Positions 47,432 through 59,999 are shown, counted from the first letter of the stretch. The stretch is 64,000 nucleotides of DNA from Schizochytrium sp. TIO01 (GCA_004764695.1 SMSO01000007.1:2301270-2365269); one strand, 5' to 3'. The notes: generated by a model from the sequence alone, not told the origin. Numbers and translations are program-made.

Positions 47432-48979
47432 AATGATCATCAAGAGGCTGATGGGGGAAAATGTCTATACTGCCATATGAGGCAACTGATTTTTTATTTT
47501 TTTTAGCTCTCAATTTTTTAATTCTCTCGTAATAACCATAAATACCTATAGCACTCTTCTAGTATTTTGTTATTGTCTTGCTTTTAATATACGAAACCAT
47601 CTGAGTTTTAAATCATCAATCATGACTTTTCACGAGGTTTAATATTTAACAATTATCTTTTTGATTTTATTTTTAATTTGAAAATTTTCTTTTAGTTTAT
47701 TTTTTTATAAAAAAAATGTTGAAGGTGCCCAACAAAGAGGACATATTATATTAGTCAAACATATTTACGTAGCTTATGAAAGTATATTATTCTTACCTAG
47801 ATGATGCAATTTACGTTAGTATTTAATTTGTGTATACTCGATTTTAATCATTTATATATTTATATATTCATTGTTAAGACACATTAAATATGCCCCAGCG
47901 AAAAAACATACCACCATAATTTAACTACGGTTTATTGGTTGCTAAAAGATGAATCTGGTTAGCCAGAGTTTGACTATAAACATGAAGGCAAGATGCCAAA
48001 GGAAGACTTAAAGAAGATTTAGGAAGGCTTCGCAAGATTGGGCTTTAGAGTACTAAGATGTGCTGTTCTTGGCTTGGGATTCAACTCCAGGCTGATTCAT
48101 ATCATCATTTGGCGGCTAAGGCAGGTCTATCTATACATATTAGACACCATCAAAGAGGTTCAACGTTTTCCCCGACCATCAAATCCACCATACTTACCCT
48201 ACTGAGTGTGTATGTCTGTACTTCCGGCTCTTGATTTCCTTGGAATCGAAACCCTGCAACTTGTTGTAGCTCTAATATGTCACTCCCAACTCTTTGAGGA
48301 CTTACAATGTGAAGACAATAGCAACCTACCAATGTCCTAATCCCGTTGCCCTTATATCGTAGAACTCAACATTGATGAAGCTGCTTAGATCTGGCCCGAT
48401 TCATAATATCTGTTAAAAGCAGCAGCGAAAGTTGCTTCGGTTTTGGTATTTATGTATGTTAATCTTGAGAATGTAGATTTTCTAGAGATGGAGGAGATTA
48501 ACGGACTTTGCAATGGGATGTGTAAGTCTCAACAGTTTTGGTTGTAGCTTTAGCTGTCGAAGGATAATTTACAACCACACCTTGAATTGTTGATGGTCTC
48601 AAACAACGAATCTTACATTTCTAAAGTTAATATTACATTGGGCTATATTGTACATGTTGCATTAATGAAATACCTAGTCCGGGGCTTTATACCCATGCAA
48701 TTTAAGGTTTTACATGCGGAGTGAGACAATACACCGTTCAGTCTACGTCGTTGAACTCTTTCAAATCCAAGTCTATTTGATGCTGCGATGTTAATTCTGT
48801 GAGATGAAACTTAACAACTAGAGATTGACTTTGAAATTAAAGGTAAGCGTCTGAAGGAATGTTTGAAGACGACTTGAAGAAGGCACTGGAAGGTTTAGTA
48901 AACGTTGGCTTTTAGAATTAGCGATCTGCTGACTTTGGAAGCAGGCTGATCTATATTCCGTCTAATTGAAGAAACTAAG

Positions 48980-49340
48980 TGCTGAAAGGTGATATTGATT
49001 AGCGTGAGGTTGACTGTAAAGATGAAGGTAAGAAGCTTTATGTAGGCTATAAGAAGGTTGATTTAAGAGTTAGCGAACTGCTGTCCTGAGGAATGAAATC
49101 CAGGACAGATGGATTCATGTAGTAATTAGGGAGATTAAGACATTCTTGAATGAGGTTAGAGATAATCGATGGGGTTAGGTTATCCAACCTTCTCCAACCA
49201 TCGATCCAAGCTAAACCAAGATTGGGTATCGATGATGTGTATTCACACTTCTAGTTCTTGGCTTCAGCAGCCACCTAAGTCTGGCTGCCTATTCTTGTTC
49301 TAATGTAAACCTTATTTCTGATGGGTTTTACAAAGGGACA
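48980..49340 (-). mobile_element. Copia-type 3' end: pol terminus, degenerate PPT and ~290-bp LTR (49269-48980); left arm of an inverted repeat
   Basis: Reverse complement of 54260-54620, with about 23 differences in 360 bp by manual count. LTR termini are TGCTGAA...TTCAGCA. Confidence 0.65.
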
Positions 49341-50399
49341 CCAAGAACTCTAGCAATGTCTTGTCCACTAATTCCTTCGATTGGAGATCTCAGCACTAAG
49401 TTAACGTATCTTTTCAGCAATCAATCCAGATCCCTTCATTCTTGTTTTATTGAATGTGTAAGCGCACTGTTCGTTCTTGACTTTCTAAAGCTGACAACCA
49501 CACATCCGCTTTGTTTAGTAGTAGTCCTATGGAACTTCTACAATTTTTAGGACTTGGAAGGTTCTCCCAAGAACTCTGGCAGCATCGTATCTACATTTCC
49601 TTGGATTGATTTTAGCAGTTTGCAAATCTTGTTTGATTGAATTTTAAAATGAAAAATATTAAAAATGCATTAGGTTTCGTATAATATTTTGGGGTAACTA
49701 GTGTCAACCCTTGAAGCTATATTCCAGCACTTTGATGAGTCCCAGATCAATCAAATCTAGCAATATGAATATGTTGAGGCGATGAATAGGGATTCGCAGC
49801 TATTGTCCGCACTAGTGTCAGGCTTGCAAATGATTTTACTTATATAAATATATACCTTTTTATAGACTTCTCAATTACCAAGATATACAATGAAAGGTGC
49901 ATAGACATAGAAGTGTCGATATCTTATGGAACGTAGTAACGATTGCTTAGAGGTGATTGAAGAAATGTCGTAGATTCTTGTGTTTGGTTAATGTTGAAAC
50001 TAGGGTTAGGTTGATACTTTTCTTGGATAACTATAGTTTAGTTGTAATTATGAACTAGTCGGATTGACTCTGATTTGCTGTCAGGTTGCCTTGCAAATTC
50101 ATCTTGAGGCTTGCTTCGCTCCCTTCGTTCCCTGGCACAGGTGCACCCGATGTTGACTGACGCATCACCATGATGGTGGTCGCAAATGTGTTTCTTTAAG
50201 CCTTGCGAAGGCATGTGCTGTGCTAATTTTAATTTTTTTCGCATCTCTATGTAATCCGAGGGTTTGAATATAAGTGTAAACATTCAGACTGCTCGTCATT
50301 AAAATCAAGAGTTATGTATGGTCCATGTTTATTATTAAATAACTGGATACAACAACCCGGAACCAGAACTAATCATAGTTGAAGATTTACAGATAAGCC

Positions 50400-50800
50400 G
50401 GGTCTTTTGATCAGATCACCCATCGAAGGGAACATGTGCCAGTCTTTGATACACTATTATGCGCCCTTAAAATTGGGAATTATGAATTGTTTAGGAAAAG
50501 AAATTAGACAACCAGACACGCAGGTATTCAGCATTTCCCCCAACAGTCTATGCTATACATCAAGTCTACATTTATTTATGAAATGTAAAGTCAGTCTACC
50601 TTCGTGTTCATCTCTAATGACAACAGATCGCTAAGTCTAAAGGCTTAAATAATCGATAGATTATAACTTCTTTTTGGAGTTTCTCTTGACAACCTTATTT
50701 GCATGTTCCCAGTCAGCCTTGCGAGCAGGGTTTGATATTTTAAACTATACTTCCAATATCCATAAGAAATAACCAAATCCACACTGAGCCATGTTAATAA
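50400..50800 (-). mobile_element. Possible copia RT/RNase H remnant
   Basis: 'SNPARKADWEHANKVVK' (50685-50735), followed by frameshifted 'SIDCWGKC' and 'VSGCLISF' (~SDADWGG..STSGY). Weak. Confidence 0.3.
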
Positions 50801-51148
50801 CTGAAATCATAATGACCTTAAAATGGAATATTGAGGTTAGCAGATGGCATCTATCTCATAAGCATCACATCGTTTTTCCCTATTTAAGAATTTTTACTTA
50901 GCACTCGAGACTATTTTCCAAGCTTGCCCACCCAATTTTCACCCTGACAGGTATCAACTTTTGGTATCGATTAAGCTCATTCTATCGAATCTTCCAAAAA
51001 TTATAGATACCCACCCTGCCGTGACCCCTGATTAACTGAGGCATTAGGCGCAGGGATTGAGGAACATGTAAGGAGTGGTTAGCCCCAGAACCTGACAAAG
51101 GCGGTGTTTACGTGATGCATAGTTGCAGCTTAGAGCGCCAGGACATTA

Positions 51149-51321
51149 CTAACCTCTCTAATCTGCCCGATACTCAGAGTTCCAGTCTAACATAATACAT
51201 TCATCTTGCATGTGTAACTAGAACCTCAAAAACCTAATATTATCATTTTCTCTTCCATCTGAGTTCGCCACCCTCATCAGAATACCACTGCATGCTCTAC
51301 TACACATACCAATATGCAATA
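51149..51321 (+). repeat. Diverged LTR fragment, related to 52317-52545 and 56825-57024
   Basis: Shares CTAACC...CTGAGTTCGCCA..CAGA.TACC..TGCAATA with the other two copies. Confidence 0.55.
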
Positions 51322-52316
51322 TTAACTCACTCTGAGAAGAAATAACAAAGCTTAATTTTATGTACTATAATCAAAATTATAATATATATACATATGAGTA
51401 TATACATACATATGAGAGAGAAGCTCTGATTCAAAAGGATAACATAGTCAACTGAAGTCACAATACGAATAATACGGTTCACTTGACTTGCCTCATTTTT
51501 AAACCAATTTGATTGAAAAGTGGTCATGCCAAGCAAGGCAATCAAATCAGACTATGCAATTTGAGCCAGCCACATTCTGTATTGTGCACATAGCAAAAAT
51601 ACAATATTTCATTCAATACTTTTTAAATGAAACAAGATGAACCTTGGCTCTGAAACTTAGAAATTATTTAGCTTAGAAGTAAGGAAGTAACATGACATGT
51701 TATATGAGAAGACAGTCAGGTCAGCATAGCCAGATGTATTAATTATTTTATATATTAATTATTATATTAACTTTGGAAAAAGTCTATCGAAAATCCTTTG
51801 AACTTGATCATAATCAATTTGATGCTATTCGGGTTTGCTATTTCTTCTTGATTTCCTCTCTCTATTTATGACATTTTGAACTCAATCAACTATTGCTGGA
51901 ACAGATTTCATAGATTTCAAATCCTCAAGTTCGTTTAAAAATTAAATTATGCATTTTCTAGATATTTTAATCTAAAATATGTACAAAATACATTGAATTC
52001 TAACTTAAATATTAAAATTATCAAAATAATTATGAAATCTAAAAATCTAATCTGTAAATTATTATAAATTTCAATATTTTTGTTATTTTGTATATATTTT
52101 ATATTTAACATATTATTTAGATATTTAAGTGGTATAACAGTAAACAATTTATACTTTTATTTAAATAATAGAAAAAGAAGTTGTGCAAACCCTTCACCCT
52201 TCAATCTAAAATTTTTTTAGTCTTGAAAGTATAATGAAGGTACTTAGTTCTACTTGTAGAGGTGTATAAGCGAAGAAAAAAACCGCAGTTATACAAACTA
52301 GTTGTTGCAAATAAAG

Positions 52317-52557
52317 TGCTGAAGTGATCTACAGCTACCTAAGGTCTCAAATCTCACCTAACCTCTTCTAACCCAGCTCTTCTTTACCATGTATACCATA
52401 GTATATACTCTACATTCATTAATCCTGTCTATATTCTGTCTGAACTGGAAACTCTATAATCAAAGCATTATCTATTATTCACCTGAGTTCGTTATCCTTG
52501 TTAGACTACCTCTGCTCCAATACACTTACTAATTAATCTGCAACAAACAGGTTATGG
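52317..52557 (+). mobile_element. Copia-type 5' LTR (52317-52545) with a putative primer-binding site
   Basis: TGCTGAAG...CTGCAACA, followed by GGTTATGG (52550-52557), which matches the start of the half-tRNA-iMet PBS of copia-type elements. Confidence 0.55.
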
Positions 52558-53701
52558 TGGGTGGGTCCATGATACTCCTGGAGTACACGATCGTAGCAAC
52601 CCAATTCTTGAGGAAGACCCAGTCATCGACCTCAACAAGCGGTAAGAGTCACAATTGTGAACGCGACACAAGTTCGGTATGGCGCGTCGTGACTTTTAAA
52701 TAAAACGACCCAGCAGAGACTGTTCATTAATAACATAACTGTGCGATACATTCCTCGCTACACATGTCACCCTGAAGATATTGAAGCCGAAACTGATCCT
52801 ATAGTACAACAACTGTAGCTTTGTCATTTAAAATTTTAAACTGGTCCAGCATTCCAGACGGAACTAGATCATTCTGTTGGAATAGCTCCTGAACGCAGGG
52901 AAATCCGGACAAATGTTAACCAGTTAAATTATGAGAAAACCTACCAGTCCTGAGCAACCTCAACAAACTTGAATATCATCTTCTACGATGGTTTAGGACA
53001 TTTACCAAACACCTTTTCCAATATTGGCCCAAAATGGAAATAGAACCATGGTTACTAGACCAAGATCGCTACAAAAATACTCTGAAAGGGACATGTATGA
53101 CAACAAATGACAACAAATAATGTCTTGCTCCTCATGAGTCTTATACTTCGTTGCTGAAAGATGAATCCAAGTTGGGCAGCTAAAGGTTGACTGTGAAGAA
53201 GAAGGTAAGAGTGTCCTGGCCCTCTAGGCTATTTCCATACAAGAAAAACCAGAGAAAACTTTCAACCCACAATTTCTTTTACTTTTCACTTAAAAGAAAA
53301 GTTAAAAAGAAATTTTCCTTTTATCGAAAATCTTTTACCGATAAAAGATTTCCTCTTACCGTGCACGCTATCGCACAACGAGTTATCGTGCACGCTACCG
53401 TGCAACAAGATAACCTACACACCTTCCCAAGCATACCCAATATCCCCGGCTACCCACAGCCACCAGAGTCTCACCACGCTCACACCCAGCAAGGCTCCTT
53501 TAGTCTCCGCTTTAGCTTAACTCACTCACCAGTTTAAGTTCTCTCAAAGAGTTGCGACTGCGCTCTCCGCACGCATTTTCTTTCTCCTCACTGTTCCGCG
53601 GCTAGCCTTAACTTCGTTCCCCCGATTGCGTCTCGATCAATCAGGGAACGAGACACCCACCAGCACGCGTCTACAGCAACGCGCAGCCCACGGTACCCCT
53701 A

Positions 53702-54257
53702 TTCCAGAAGAAATCCTGCATCATTGACACATGAATCTTCGACTCCGGTGCCACTCACTCGTTTCTACCACCGCGCCTACTCGCACAAATCGAGAAATCA
53801 ATCGGCCCTATCGAAACAACACCACTCTGCCCCAGCGATCCAACCACGGTACACACCGGCCAAGGATCCAGCTAGATTATCAAGAAAGTCAAACTCAACA
53901 TTGACCTCCTTCTCCACCTCACTCAGTATGGTACACTCCTCCACGTTACCTTCTACGTTCCAGATAACTCCTATATTGGCAACGAACTACTACTAGGTGA
54001 AACCCTCCTTACTCAATCAGGAATTCCTCCTGCCGCAGCAATACTCCGAAAAACTCTTGCCGGCACCGTCTTTGACCAAGACACTCAGTCATTCCACACC
54101 AGAACCGACTATGATATCTCCACCGCCACGCTCACCAGCAGCAAGAAGGTACTTCCAACAGCACAAGCTCGCCGACATCTCGCAAAAGCTGTACTGTCCA
54201 CCAGCGATCTGCCATCAGACAACCCAGATCCCACCGTAGAAAAACCATCGAACGAGA
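53702..54257 (+). pseudogene. Ty3/gypsy-type retropepsin (aspartic protease) remnant
   Basis: A frame not shown in the ORF track reads 'IFDSGATHSFLPPRLL...GSS*IIKKVKLNI...VTFYV...NELLLGETLLTQSG'. DSG is at 53741-53749 and one in-frame TAG at 53873. Confidence 0.75.
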
Positions 54258-54259
54258 CA

Positions 54260-54620
54260 GTGCCCCTTTGTAAAACCCAATAGAAATAAGGTTTACATTA
54301 GAAGAAGAATAGGCAGCCAGACTCATGTGGCTGCTGAAGCCAAGAACTAGAAGTGTGAATACACATTACCGACACCCAAGCTTGGTTTAGCTTGAATCGA
54401 TGGTTGGAGAAGGTTGGATAACCTAACCCCATCGATTATCTCTAACCACATTCAAGAATGTCTTAATCTCCCTAATTACTACATGAATCCATCTGTCCTG
54501 GAATTTATTCCCCAGGATAGCAGTTCGCTAACACTTAAATCAACCTTCTTATAACCTTCATCAAGCTTCTTGCCTTCATCTTTACAGTCAACCTCACGCT
54601 AATCAGTATCACTTTCAGCA
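54260..54620 (+). mobile_element. Copia-type 3' end: pol terminus, degenerate PPT and LTR (54332-54620); right arm of the inverted repeat
   Basis: 'PFVKPNRNKVYIRRRIG' resembles the copia RNase H end (FTKPL....F...R..LG). LTR termini are TGCTGAAG...TTCAGCA. Confidence 0.65.
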
Positions 54621-54789
54621 AGGGACATTGACTTAACATTTTCAATTGTGTCTTGTACAGATCAGGTACGTCTCAGTCTCCTAGTTGTCTCATGCAGGGG
54701 CTGGAGGCTACGTTACGAACTTATGCTCAATAGATAGCCCATTCTGGCTTGATAGAAAATACTAACAAAGTTATAGCTGCACACCTTAA

Positions 54790-55475
54790 GCTGCGAATCC
54801 TGTGGAGGTCTACCAAGATTGCAGATCCATCAAGAATCCATGCTCTAAATTGCAGGAATGTGGATCACTTTAAGGATGCTGTTAAGGTTCGTGTTGATTT
54901 TATTCAAATCCAGACATCGAGACTCATAATTGGACGTTTCTGTGGTAGCTTTCCAGTTCTTGCTACGTATCCAGAATATTAGGACACCCAGTCGTTTTGG
55001 ATAAATATGCTAAAGAGAGCCTTTTAGAAAATGTTTTGCATCTCGACCGCCTTAAATGTCCATCTCACGGGAGGATGTCTTAGATTTAACAGGAGACATG
55101 CTTACTTTCTAAGGGAAATGAAGATTCAACAACAAACGCCGATTACTGGGATGCTACTGTTTGTTCATGGTCTAAGTGTATGTAAAAACTAAAACTAAGC
55201 TTCACTGAAGGATTCGGTCGCGACTCTGAAAGTCAAACATTGCGATGGTTCGACACAAAGAATTAATAATTAAATGGTGGTCGATAGCTATAAGTATCTT
55301 CCCTTAGGTTATGAATTTGCTTGAATATTTTTTGAATCCGAAGATGGAATAGATGGACTGCATGGCTATACCCATTACCAAAATATGCCAATACTACTGA
55401 TAAAACATGCGTGAATGGCAGCAAATGAAAACATCACTTTAAAAAAGGAAACTTTTGGTCACCCATGCGTCTAAA
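54790..55475 (+). mobile_element. Possible copia integrase remnant
   Basis: 'CESC' at 54792 and 'ETFGHPCV' at 55448 (~RVFGCPCY) lie at a plausible spacing. Heavily decayed. Confidence 0.25.
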
Positions 55476-56824
55476 CTGAACATCTCGGACAGGAATATTC
55501 AAAATATCGTCTAGGAGCAGCAAACACAACATTCTCAAAGCAAATTACCTTGGTTGCGTGGTACACAATACTTGGGAAAACTACAGTACCTGTCTGTGAT
55601 GCAAGCTAAGCAAACTATCAGCAATGCTACAAGATCTGAGCATCAAGATGGCTTAGACCACTTTCTTCTTCTTCGATTTGATCCCTGCTCCGCACACAGC
55701 AGCATTACTCATTTCCGGTCTCATCTTCATCTGATTGTTTTTAAAAATTAATTCAGTAAGCAATGTTTATTCTACCGCAGCTGCTATCGCTCCATTTCGA
55801 GGAGCAAGGACACAAGACTGCGCTCGCCCTTCCAGCTACTGGGCATCTGGTGCCCAGTTATGCGGTCAATCTTCGTGAGGTGGACCCACGACTAACAGTT
55901 GTCTGGAAGTGCAAACGAAACCTTACCGTAGGAGGTTTCATTTCCTTCCTTCTCCTCCATTGCTTGGGCGGCTCTAAATGAGATAACCAAGTTGACGTCA
56001 ACGTTTCTAGTATTACAATCTGTGAATGATCAAGAGATATAAGATATCAATAACAAAGGTAGAATAATTTTATGAAAATATTGAAGAGCCTATGGTTGAA
56101 GGATATATCAAAAATATGTTTCCAGATGAAGATCCAAAACCTGGGGATTCAAAACCTGAAAAGATAGATTTATGGCTAACTGACTGGCGTTGCTTTGGTG
56201 TGAGTAGCAATTTAATTTAAATTGGGCGTTTTCTGTACTTATAGAAATATGTGAATTTAGCACAAAAAAAAGGGATGGGACAAATTTCAGCAGAGGCAAG
56301 CGACGCTGAGACAAAACGTCTAAAGTGGATTAAATTTCTTAGAAAATTTGATGCGAAGATGTTTTATCTTTTGCAAAATTCTAGACAAGTCAGTGCTGCT
56401 GACTGTTCTACGGAAATGGCTGAAGGCAAGGGTTGCTATAGCAAAATTCATTTGCAATAAAAAAACTCGTAGAGCATCCTACGAGCATCTGGGCACTGCA
56501 GCACCAAAGTTTCTCCAGGTTATTCTTGGAAGGACGCATGGATATTCTCAACGTTGAAGCTAAATATATAAAACAATGATTTGCTTGCCCCTACGACATA
56601 ATACTAAATTATCTTATCCTTATTCTGCTCAGTTTTGTTCGATTTCCTGGATGCTTCAGAATTAATTTATTTAAAGAAATCCTATTGTCAATTTCCCGAC
56701 TTTTGTTGTGAGAGGGCTGGCTCACTGATGATTGCCAACTTTATTCAATTGGGGTACTTTTTTGATAAGTGTATCCTAGCGCACCTCATTTATAAATGTT
56801 TTGGGAGGGTTTCCTGTACGTTAT

Positions 56825-57024
56825 TATTGAAGTAATATACAGCTACTGACTAACCTAGCCTGGCCTAACCTAATTAAGCTCTCCTGTCCACACATTAATC
56901 CTTGCCTGTATGCAGACCCCAAAACCCCGATAACTCATATATCATCCTCTTTCTCTTTTTCCTGAGTTCGCCATCCTTGTCAGACTACCTCTCCACGCTT
57001 CACAGCACAGGCTAATCTGCAATA
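56825..57024 (+). mobile_element. Solo LTR, 200 bp, with 5-bp target-site duplication GTTAT
   Basis: Inverted termini TATTG...CAATA; GTTAT at 56820-56824 and 57025-57029; homologous to 52317-52545. Confidence 0.75.
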
Positions 57025-57649
57025 GTTATTGAAAATGGTTTCACGGGTCACTTCGTTGCTGATGGAGACCTTGCCGACAGTTTTGTGCAGAAGTAGGCTG
57101 TGGTTGTTCTTCAGAGAATTCACTCTGTTGGGATATTTCACGACAATGTATGACGGTCATATATCGCATGAACAACGAAAATAGTATAATTATCAACTTT
57201 TATATGGCCAAACGCAAAGATGGTGTGGTCCAGAGGTCTTTACTGTACTGAAGAGGAAATCAAGATGTCTGCATAGATTGGAGACAACTCGCGTAGGAAA
57301 GCAGAAGTTCTACACTAGGAACAAGTCTCCTCGCAGTAATTATAGGGACAAGCATATCGGACAAGTTAAACATACATATCATGACATCAAACTCTCTGTC
57401 TCTCTCAACTTGCTACACCTTTTTCTACAAATAAGGCTCCGGTCAAACACAGCCAATATATCTGACGTGGACATCACATTTTCGTTCCTATATCATCCTA
57501 ATATTTTCCTTATACTCGAGACTGACATATTGTTACTTTATAAGATTGGGGAGCAACTTAAGGGTTTGACACATGGTAATTAATTGGAAAATATCCATAC
57601 ATTGGTATATAGTATCACATATCAAGTTTAGAGGCATCCAAGTTAAGCT

Positions 57650-57946
57650 CTGCCCAAACTTAAACATGAATGATTATAATATAAAATTTGCTAAATTCAC
57701 TTGTATCTTTGTTGAGTAGCCCTGAAAAAGTTCAATTTTCAAAATAATCAGACACATCGAATCTTTTCGAACTTATAAACAAAGGGGAAAGGTCAGTCTT
57801 ATCACAACGAAATTGTTTTTGCCCAGATTTAATACATGAGTGCTTACAATGTAAAAACTGCTGAATCCATTTGTATCTTTTTTTACTAGGTCTAAAACAT
57901 TCAATTTTCAAATAGTCCAACACATTGAGTCCTTCCGAGCTTATAA
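57650..57946. repeat. Diverged two-unit tandem repeat, period ~168 bp
   Basis: TGCCCA...TGTATCTTT...TTCAATTTTCAAA...CTTATAA occurs twice (CTTATAA at 57772 and 57940). Confidence 0.7.
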
Positions 57947-58665
57947 GGAAGAAGCAGGGTTGCACCAGGCTTAGTCTCACCAAAACAAAAGTTTAAAATC
58001 TTAGTGTGGCTGGTTTTCGTCAATCAAAAATAGGTTGGTCTGAGAAGAGCGGGGCTAAACAAGTCATCAAATGAGTGTTTATAAAGCAAGATAAATGTTA
58101 ATTTCAAAGAACTCAGAGGTTGGGTCAACCAACGGGTAATGTGGGCTTTAGATAATTATGTGGAATACCCTGTGATGATACACCTGTTTTTACGCTTTGT
58201 GATATTTGTTCCAATTAGTAGTCTGGCAATAGTGAAGGGGACAGTACTTAGGATTAAAGTGCGCTAACATTATTTGAAGCACTTTTGAGAGGCTGATTGC
58301 TTCATGATTGATCTTATCTGCGTGCTAGGTAATCAAATGCAGAGTTTGTAAACACAGTTGCGTTTTGCCGACTCCGACACATGCCAGTTGTATATAAACT
58401 TTGATTGGTCTATTTGCTTGGAAAACATAAAGCAAGTTGTAGATGCTATGCCTATCTTTTCGCACGCACATCTTTTAACAGGTACACCCTAGCTGGGCTT
58501 TGAAAGGGAGGAGATTAAAATGACAAAGCTTCGCTTGTGTTGATCTGGTTCTTACACATGTTATGAAAACGTGATGTTTAAAAAAAAGGAAAAGAAAATA
58601 ATGTTTAGGTTTTAAATGGTACTTGGCGTTGCTGAGTCCGCATATGTATGTATAATGGAACATCC

Positions 58666-59727
58666 TTACTCGTCATCCTTGATAAAATGGGGTTGAATAT
58701 GTTTGTTCATGGAGAAAATGGTGACCTTGTTTTGCCCAAGAAGCCTCTTCAAGGTATCATCGCACAAAATTTCCCGTTTATTTTTGGGATTCTGAAGCTC
58801 GAAAGACCGAATATGCTCCCACAGTTTTTTGATGACCTCTGTTCGGGCGGCTGTGTCCGTACCCATAAATTCTTGAAGTTTCTCGCTAATCCGAAGAGGT
58901 TTGGCAAAACCACCTTTGGTTCCGGTGCTATTGGTCTTGCGTTTGGGGGTTTCCCGAACTCTCTTTGTAGTACGAGCGAGTTTCTTGGAATCCCGCGAGG
59001 TTCGCGTGCGTGTTGGTTTGTCATCAGGCTCCTCAAGGGCAGCAAGTTTAAACTTCCGTTCACCACTATCCCAGTCTTTTTGTGAAATCATGTGAAAGCT
59101 CAGGAACTTGTTCATGCTGAACATGGTAACAAAGTCACGTTTGAAAATTTTCTTGAGCTCCTTGTCACAATTGATTTGACGCTTGTCACTTGGCTCCTGT
59201 AATTCGTGCTCTTTAATGTATTCCCACATCTTTTTCACAACTTGTGGCCTAGTTTCTTCTTTAACGCCAAGAAATTTAGCAAGAATAGGGGACAAGTGGT
59301 TTTTGATGGTGGCAAAACTACCTTTCTGCTTCTTGCCCTTGGTCGGTGATGCTCGGGCCATTCGTGACTTCTTGCTTGGCCTCACGTCTTCCACTTCATC
59401 CTCTTCATCACTATCTTCTTCTTCACTTTCGTCGCTAATATCTGATACCTCTTCTTCTGACCGCTTCCTCTTTTTGTCGTCTTCGGCTTGTTTCTGCTGC
59501 AGGTAAGAAATGAGAATCGTTTTGAAAGACTTTTTGTCTACATCTCGTCCAAGCTCCTCGGTGACACTCGAACGAGCTTCAGATAATGTCACACGAGATA
59601 GGGTTTCGCAGCGATCCACATATTTTTTGATCAACGGAAGCAAAACATCCTCAGAGGACTCTAATCCAGAGGTCTTGCTATTGCTGCTAGTTTCTTCATG
59701 CTTAACGACTCCATTTGTATCAGACAT
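58666..59727 (-). CDS. DEK-C plus double SWIB/MDM2-domain protein (UAF30/Spp27-like)
   Basis: Two SWIB domains ('RPQVVKKMWEYIKEHELQEPSDKRQINCD', 'RTEVIKKLWEHIRSFELQNPKNKREILCDD') and an N-terminal DEK-C-like segment. Confidence 0.92.
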   Translation of the reverse strand: MSDTNGVVKHEETSSNSKTSGLESSEDVLLPLIKKYVDRCETLSRVTLSEARSSVTEELGRDVDKKSFKTILISYLQQKQAEDDKKRKRSEEEVSDISDESEEEDSDEEDEVEDVRPSKKSRMARASPTKGKKQKGSFATIKNHLSPILAKFLGVKEETRPQVVKKMWEYIKEHELQEPSDKRQINCDKELKKIFKRDFVTMFSMNKFLSFHMISQKDWDSGERKFKLAALEEPDDKPTRTRTSRDSKKLARTTKRVRETPKRKTNSTGTKGGFAKPLRISEKLQEFMGTDTAARTEVIKKLWEHIRSFELQNPKNKREILCDDTLKRLLGQNKVTIFSMNKHIQPHFIKDDE

Positions 59728-59999
59728 GATATTTCACAGGGACTACCCTGTACTTCTACTCTCGTTGCTGTGGCTGTAAATGGGTTGGAGAAGAGAGTAA
59801 TCAATAGCAAAGTTAAAATTGGCGAACCTACAAACAATAATGTTGCGCGCCGTGCGGATCAACTACGCCCTCTTTGGTCTTCAAACTGCACAGGTATATT
59901 TTTTCGTCCCCCCTTTTACCGCTGTATGATGAAATCTAGCTCTCTTCAGTAGGACTTGATGAATACAGCAGCCCCAAGACGTTCTTCCCCAGGATAGAG

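Noticed and set aside
54190-54265. Zinc-knuckle-like 'CPPAICHQ...HRTRQC'
   Set aside because: It spans a stop codon and the junction of two different elements, and lies in a different frame from the protease relic. Probably chance.
48980-54620. Inverted repeat read as the TIRs of a 5.6-kb DNA transposon or Polinton
   Set aside because: No TSD and no transposase or pPolB between the arms. Each arm resolves into a copia pol end plus an LTR.
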